From positions 1 through 64,000 of the IMG/VR virus record IMGVR_UViG_3300032330_002177: 64,000 nucleotides of DNA; one strand, 5' to 3'. Below are positions 60,407-64,000 of this stretch, piece after piece (position 1 is the stretch's first letter; the number at the start of each line of letters is the position of its first letter). The stretch comes from a virus. Its lineage: Duplodnaviria > Caudoviricetes. A program made the translations under genes and the position numbers. Below the pieces are notes generated by a model. It did not search any database, was not told where the DNA came from, and was given only the letters and a program-made list of their open reading frames with translations.

Positions 60407-60466
60407 TGACCTCAATAAATAAATTATATTTAATTATAAGAAAAAAATAAAAAAAAATAATAAGTT

Positions 60467-61660
60467 ATGGCTAAAAAAACAACAAACAAACAGAACGCAA
60501 CTGTATCATTAAATGTTAATGAATTAAAAGATTTTTTGAAACACATTATTGACAACAACCGTTACTTACAAGAAAATAATAAGCCGATGGTTAGTACAGA
60601 AGTAATTGGTGATTCAGGTATTGGTAAAACATCATCTATTGTTCAGTTAGCAGATGAATTAGGATTGAATTTCGTTAAATTGAACTTAGCACAGATTGAA
60701 GAGATAGGTGACTTAGTTGGTTTTCCAATTAGACAATTCCAAATGAATGAAGGTAAAAATATTGAATGGGTTGATGAGAATAGTGTTGATGATTATAGAA
60801 AGAAAGGATTTGAGTCAACAGGATTAAACCGTATGAGTTATTGCCCACCAGAATGGATTAGTGGAAAAACAAATGGTGGTATATTATTATTAGATGACTG
60901 GAATAGAGCTGATATGAGATTCATTCAAGCTGTAATGGAGTTAATTGATAGACAACAATATATAAGTTGGAAATTACCTAAAGATTGGCATATCATTTTA
61001 ACTGCTAATCCTGATAATGGAGATTATTTAGTTAACAGTATTGATAACGCTCAAAAAACAAGATTTATTAGTGTTAACTTGAAATTTGATCTTAAATGTT
61101 GGGGTAAGTGGGCTGAAGAAAATAAATTAGATGGTAGATGTATTAACTTTTTATTGATGCATCCGGAACTAGTTACTAAAGAAATTAATAGTAGAAGTGT
61201 TAGTATGTTCTTTAATAGCATTAGTTCACTTAAATCATTTGAAGATTCATTACCATTAATTCAAATGATTGGAGAAGGTTCAGTTGGAAGTGAATTTAGT
61301 ACTTTGTTTACAATGTTCATTAATAATAAATTGGATAAAATGATTTCACCAGAAAACATTATGACACAAGATGAACATTATGTGATGAATACACTTAAAG
61401 GATTAGTTGGTAAAGATAATGCTTATAGAGCAGATATTGCCGCTACATTAGGAACTAGATTAGCTAACTATTTAGAGTTTTTTGCTAAAGATAATAAAAT
61501 TGAAAAAGATAGTATTGATCGTATTTCTAAAATTGTAACGGAAAAAATATTTGCTACAGATGTGAGTTATAATATGATTAAATCAATTTATAATAGTAAT
61601 CCAGGTAAGTTTAAATTAATGATGTTGAATAAAGAATTAGTTAAATATATTACTAAATAG
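60467..61660 (+). CDS. MoxR-like AAA+ ATPase
   Basis: GDSGIGKT, GDLVGFP, LLDDWNRA, TANP, AQKTRF. Confidence 0.88.
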   Translation: MAKKTTNKQNATVSLNVNELKDFLKHIIDNNRYLQENNKPMVSTEVIGDSGIGKTSSIVQLADELGLNFVKLNLAQIEEIGDLVGFPIRQFQMNEGKNIEWVDENSVDDYRKKGFESTGLNRMSYCPPEWISGKTNGGILLLDDWNRADMRFIQAVMELIDRQQYISWKLPKDWHIILTANPDNGDYLVNSIDNAQKTRFISVNLKFDLKCWGKWAEENKLDGRCINFLLMHPELVTKEINSRSVSMFFNSISSLKSFEDSLPLIQMIGEGSVGSEFSTLFTMFINNKLDKMISPENIMTQDEHYVMNTLKGLVGKDNAYRADIAATLGTRLANYLEFFAKDNKIEKDSIDRISKIVTEKIFATDVSYNMIKSIYNSNPGKFKLMMLNKELVKYITK

Positions 61661-61684
61661 TTTTTAGCCATAATAAATAATGTT

Positions 61685-61710
61685 AGCCCAATTCGAAAGA
61701 ATTGGGTTTT
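61685..61710 (+). terminator. Intrinsic terminator
   Basis: GCCCAATTC-GAAA-GAATTGGGT-TTT. Confidence 0.75.
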
Positions 61711-61900
61711 AACATGATTAATAACCGATTTAAACCATTAAAATTTGATCCTCGTATATATTTATATGCTAACCAATAACACCGTTAAATCCCCGGTAAA
61801 GGCCGTTGAAAATTTTTGGCTGACCTCCATAATAAAGTTTGGCCTCCCAGAGAATTTTCCATATTTTTTATTTAACATTAATAAATTAAATTAGTTACTT

Positions 61901-62218
61901 ATGAGTAATGATGGAATGAATAGAGGAGTAGGAGTTAGGATAATGACATTAAGTGGATGTGATTATTGTATGTGGCTGAAGAGTGAATTAGATGGGTTAG
62001 GAATATCCTACATTAATATAGATGCTGATGAACATACTGTTTTCGCTGATAATATAGAACAGAAATTCGGAGTTGAACATTATCCAATAGTATTCATAGA
62101 TTCACAATCTGAAATTATAACTATCCTCTCAGAAACGAACTTGGAAACATCAGATACATTACGTACATTTGACACGATACCACATTTAGTCGGTATCATA
62201 AAATCATATATAAAATGA
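61901..62218 (+). CDS. Glutaredoxin-like protein
   Basis: GCDYC...HYPIVF. Confidence 0.75.
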   Translation: MSNDGMNRGVGVRIMTLSGCDYCMWLKSELDGLGISYINIDADEHTVFADNIEQKFGVEHYPIVFIDSQSEIITILSETNLETSDTLRTFDTIPHLVGIIKSYIK

Positions 62219-62414
62219 GATATAAACAATTAACACAAGACAAATTAGATCAACTTGAGAACATGTTAAATGGATTTCAAGCGCAATTTTCAAATCCTAA
62301 CTTTAATATCATGACAGCCAAAGAAATGGTTAGTAAAATGAAAGATAAAGTTGAAGAAGTTAGATCACTAATTAATGGAGAACAACAAAATTAATTCATA
62401 TTTAAATAAAAGTT

Positions 62415-63188
62415 ATGTTAACACCAGAACAAATTAAAAATAATTGGGATAAATTTCTCAGCTATATTGACACTCACATTCCATTTTCACGAGGTAAACA
62501 ACTTAAAGAATTCTACCTTAAATATGAAGAACGTTTCATAATGATGCCCGCGTCTCATAAGTCGCAATACCATAACTGTTTTCCAGGTGGTTATATTGAT
62601 CATGTAAATAGAGTAGTTGAAGCGGCTCTTAAGTTAGATGAAGTATGGCGCTCATTTGGAATGATAGATACTTACACAACTGAGGAACTTGTATTCTCAG
62701 CTATCAATCATGATTTAGGTAAATTTGGAGATGAACAGAACGCATCATATATTGAACAGACAGATCAATGGAGACGAGATAAACTAAACGAAACTTATAT
62801 GTTTAACGATCGTTTAGAATATATGACTGTTCCTGATCGCGGTTTGTATTTACTAATTAGTAATGGTATTATACCTACTAAGAACGAAATGATCGCTATA
62901 AAAACACATGATGGACTATATGAGGAATCAAATAAGGCTTACTTAATGGGTTTTACACCTGAAACTAAGCCCCGTACTTCGTTAGTATATGTTTTACATC
63001 AGGCTGATTTATTAGCTGCTCGTGTTGAATTTGAAATTGAGTGGTTACCTAAATTATTAGGACCACGTGTTGAAAAACCGGCTAAAGAAACTAATTTTAG
63101 TCTAAATAAAAATAATAGTAATGTTAAAGCAAAGGCTATGAAAAAATTAGCTAATCCTGCTTTAGCAGATATAATGAAAAATTTATAA
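62415..63188 (+). CDS. HD-domain hydrolase
   Basis: PAS...HNCFPGGYIDH, NHDLGK, THDG, LHQAD. Confidence 0.88.
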   Translation: MLTPEQIKNNWDKFLSYIDTHIPFSRGKQLKEFYLKYEERFIMMPASHKSQYHNCFPGGYIDHVNRVVEAALKLDEVWRSFGMIDTYTTEELVFSAINHDLGKFGDEQNASYIEQTDQWRRDKLNETYMFNDRLEYMTVPDRGLYLLISNGIIPTKNEMIAIKTHDGLYEESNKAYLMGFTPETKPRTSLVYVLHQADLLAARVEFEIEWLPKLLGPRVEKPAKETNFSLNKNNSNVKAKAMKKLANPALADIMKNL

Positions 63189-63189
63189 T

Positions 63190-63465
63190 ATGGTACTAGG
63201 AATTATTGCAATTGTATTATGGGTCGCTACTATCGCGGGATTTATTATTTACAATTTAAATCAAAAAGTAGTTAAATTAGAAGAAATAGCTATCAAACAA
63301 CAAACTATCATTGATAGTATTTCAGCTATTGTTGATGAATCAAATAAACAACTTAATGCTATTGATTTAACTGAAGCGTTTAAATCAGACGATCAAATAG
63401 GTTTTTTCTTCCGTAATTTACAAAATATACAAGATTCATTAAATCACTATCTTAAGAATAAATAA
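63190..63465 (+). CDS. Membrane-anchored coiled-coil protein
   Basis: N-terminal hydrophobic helix; FKSDDQIGFFF. Confidence 0.6.
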   Translation: MVLGIIAIVLWVATIAGFIIYNLNQKVVKLEEIAIKQQTIIDSISAIVDESNKQLNAIDLTEAFKSDDQIGFFFRNLQNIQDSLNHYLKNK

Positions 63466-63466
63466 T

Positions 63467-64000
63467 ATGGCTGAAGAAATATTACTAACTAAAAAAGGAA
63501 CTGTACGTAAACGTAAGCCAAAAAAGGCTAATATTTACTTTACTCAAGAAACTGAAGATGCCATATTAGAATATCTCAGAACAAAAAATCAAGCTAAACG
63601 AAATCAAATTTTTAATGAAAAAATTAATTACTCCTTTCATAAACTGGCTGAGAATATCATACACACTTTTAAGTTTTACTATACAGAAGTGGATACAATA
63701 CCTGAACTCCAACATGAAGTAGTAGCGTTTCTACTTGAAAAATTACATTTATATGATCAAACTAAAGGAAAAGCTTTTTCTTACTTTGGTACTATCGCTA
63801 AGCGCTATCTTATCTTATATAATAATGCTAACTATAAAAAATTAAAAGATAAAGCATCTATTGACGCTATTGATGAGGATAAATCTATTTTAGTTGATTT
63901 AGTAAATAATCATAATGATAACTATAAATTAGATAAAGTATCTCATTTTCTAAAACAATTTACACAATATATTGATAGTAAAATATTTTCTTTATTTCCA
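63467..64000 (+). CDS. Phage sigma factor-like protein, 3'-truncated by the window edge
   Basis: Hand-translated MAEEILLTKK...YFTQETEDAI...KLAENII...EKLHLYDQTKGKAFSYFGTIAKRYLI (sigma region 2-like). Confidence 0.7.
   Translation, partial: MAEEILLTKKGTVRKRKPKKANIYFTQETEDAILEYLRTKNQAKRNQIFNEKINYSFHKLAENIIHTFKFYYTEVDTIPELQHEVVAFLLEKLHLYDQTKGKAFSYFGTIAKRYLILYNNANYKKLKDKASIDAIDEDKSILVDLVNNHNDNYKLDKVSHFLKQFTQYIDSKIFSLFP

Noticed and set aside
1-64000. Stop-codon reassignment
   Set aside because: Long conserved genes are intact in code 11, TAG and TGA end genes at sensible positions, and no suppressor tRNA was seen

Overview
Window from a large, AT-rich, tailed dsDNA phage. The host is probably Bacteroidota: there are no Shine-Dalgarno sites, leaders are A-rich, and promoters carry a TAnnTTTA element. 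All credible genes are on the + strand in standard code 11. Gene order: 7-deazaguanine genes (queE, folE) interrupted by a Rieske oxygenase; dCTP deaminase; fibre-like virion proteins; T4-like replisome (PolB, sliding clamp, clamp loader); Hsp20/GroES/GroEL; an RNA cluster; a ~14 kb glycosylation/methylation island; an early region of promoter-headed small-gene cassettes with tRNA-Gln/Glu and thyA; then RadA-like ATPase, vWA/MoxR pair, HD hydrolase and a sigma-like gene. Four signals stand out. (1) Nine overlapping, very basic micro-ORFs at 48.1-49.6 kb, five missed by the ORF track, share a Y-x-x-R-G-x-x-x-R-x-x-K-hydrophobic motif. (2) A tmRNA is split in its T-loop by a 191-nt group I intron that appears to lack P9, with a free-standing HNH nuclease next to it. 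(3) An anticodon-less tRNA-like RNA has three GUAA-capped arms. (4) At least 18 copies of a TGACC-N13-TAnnTTTA promoter occur. All calls come from reading motifs by eye; no searches were run.
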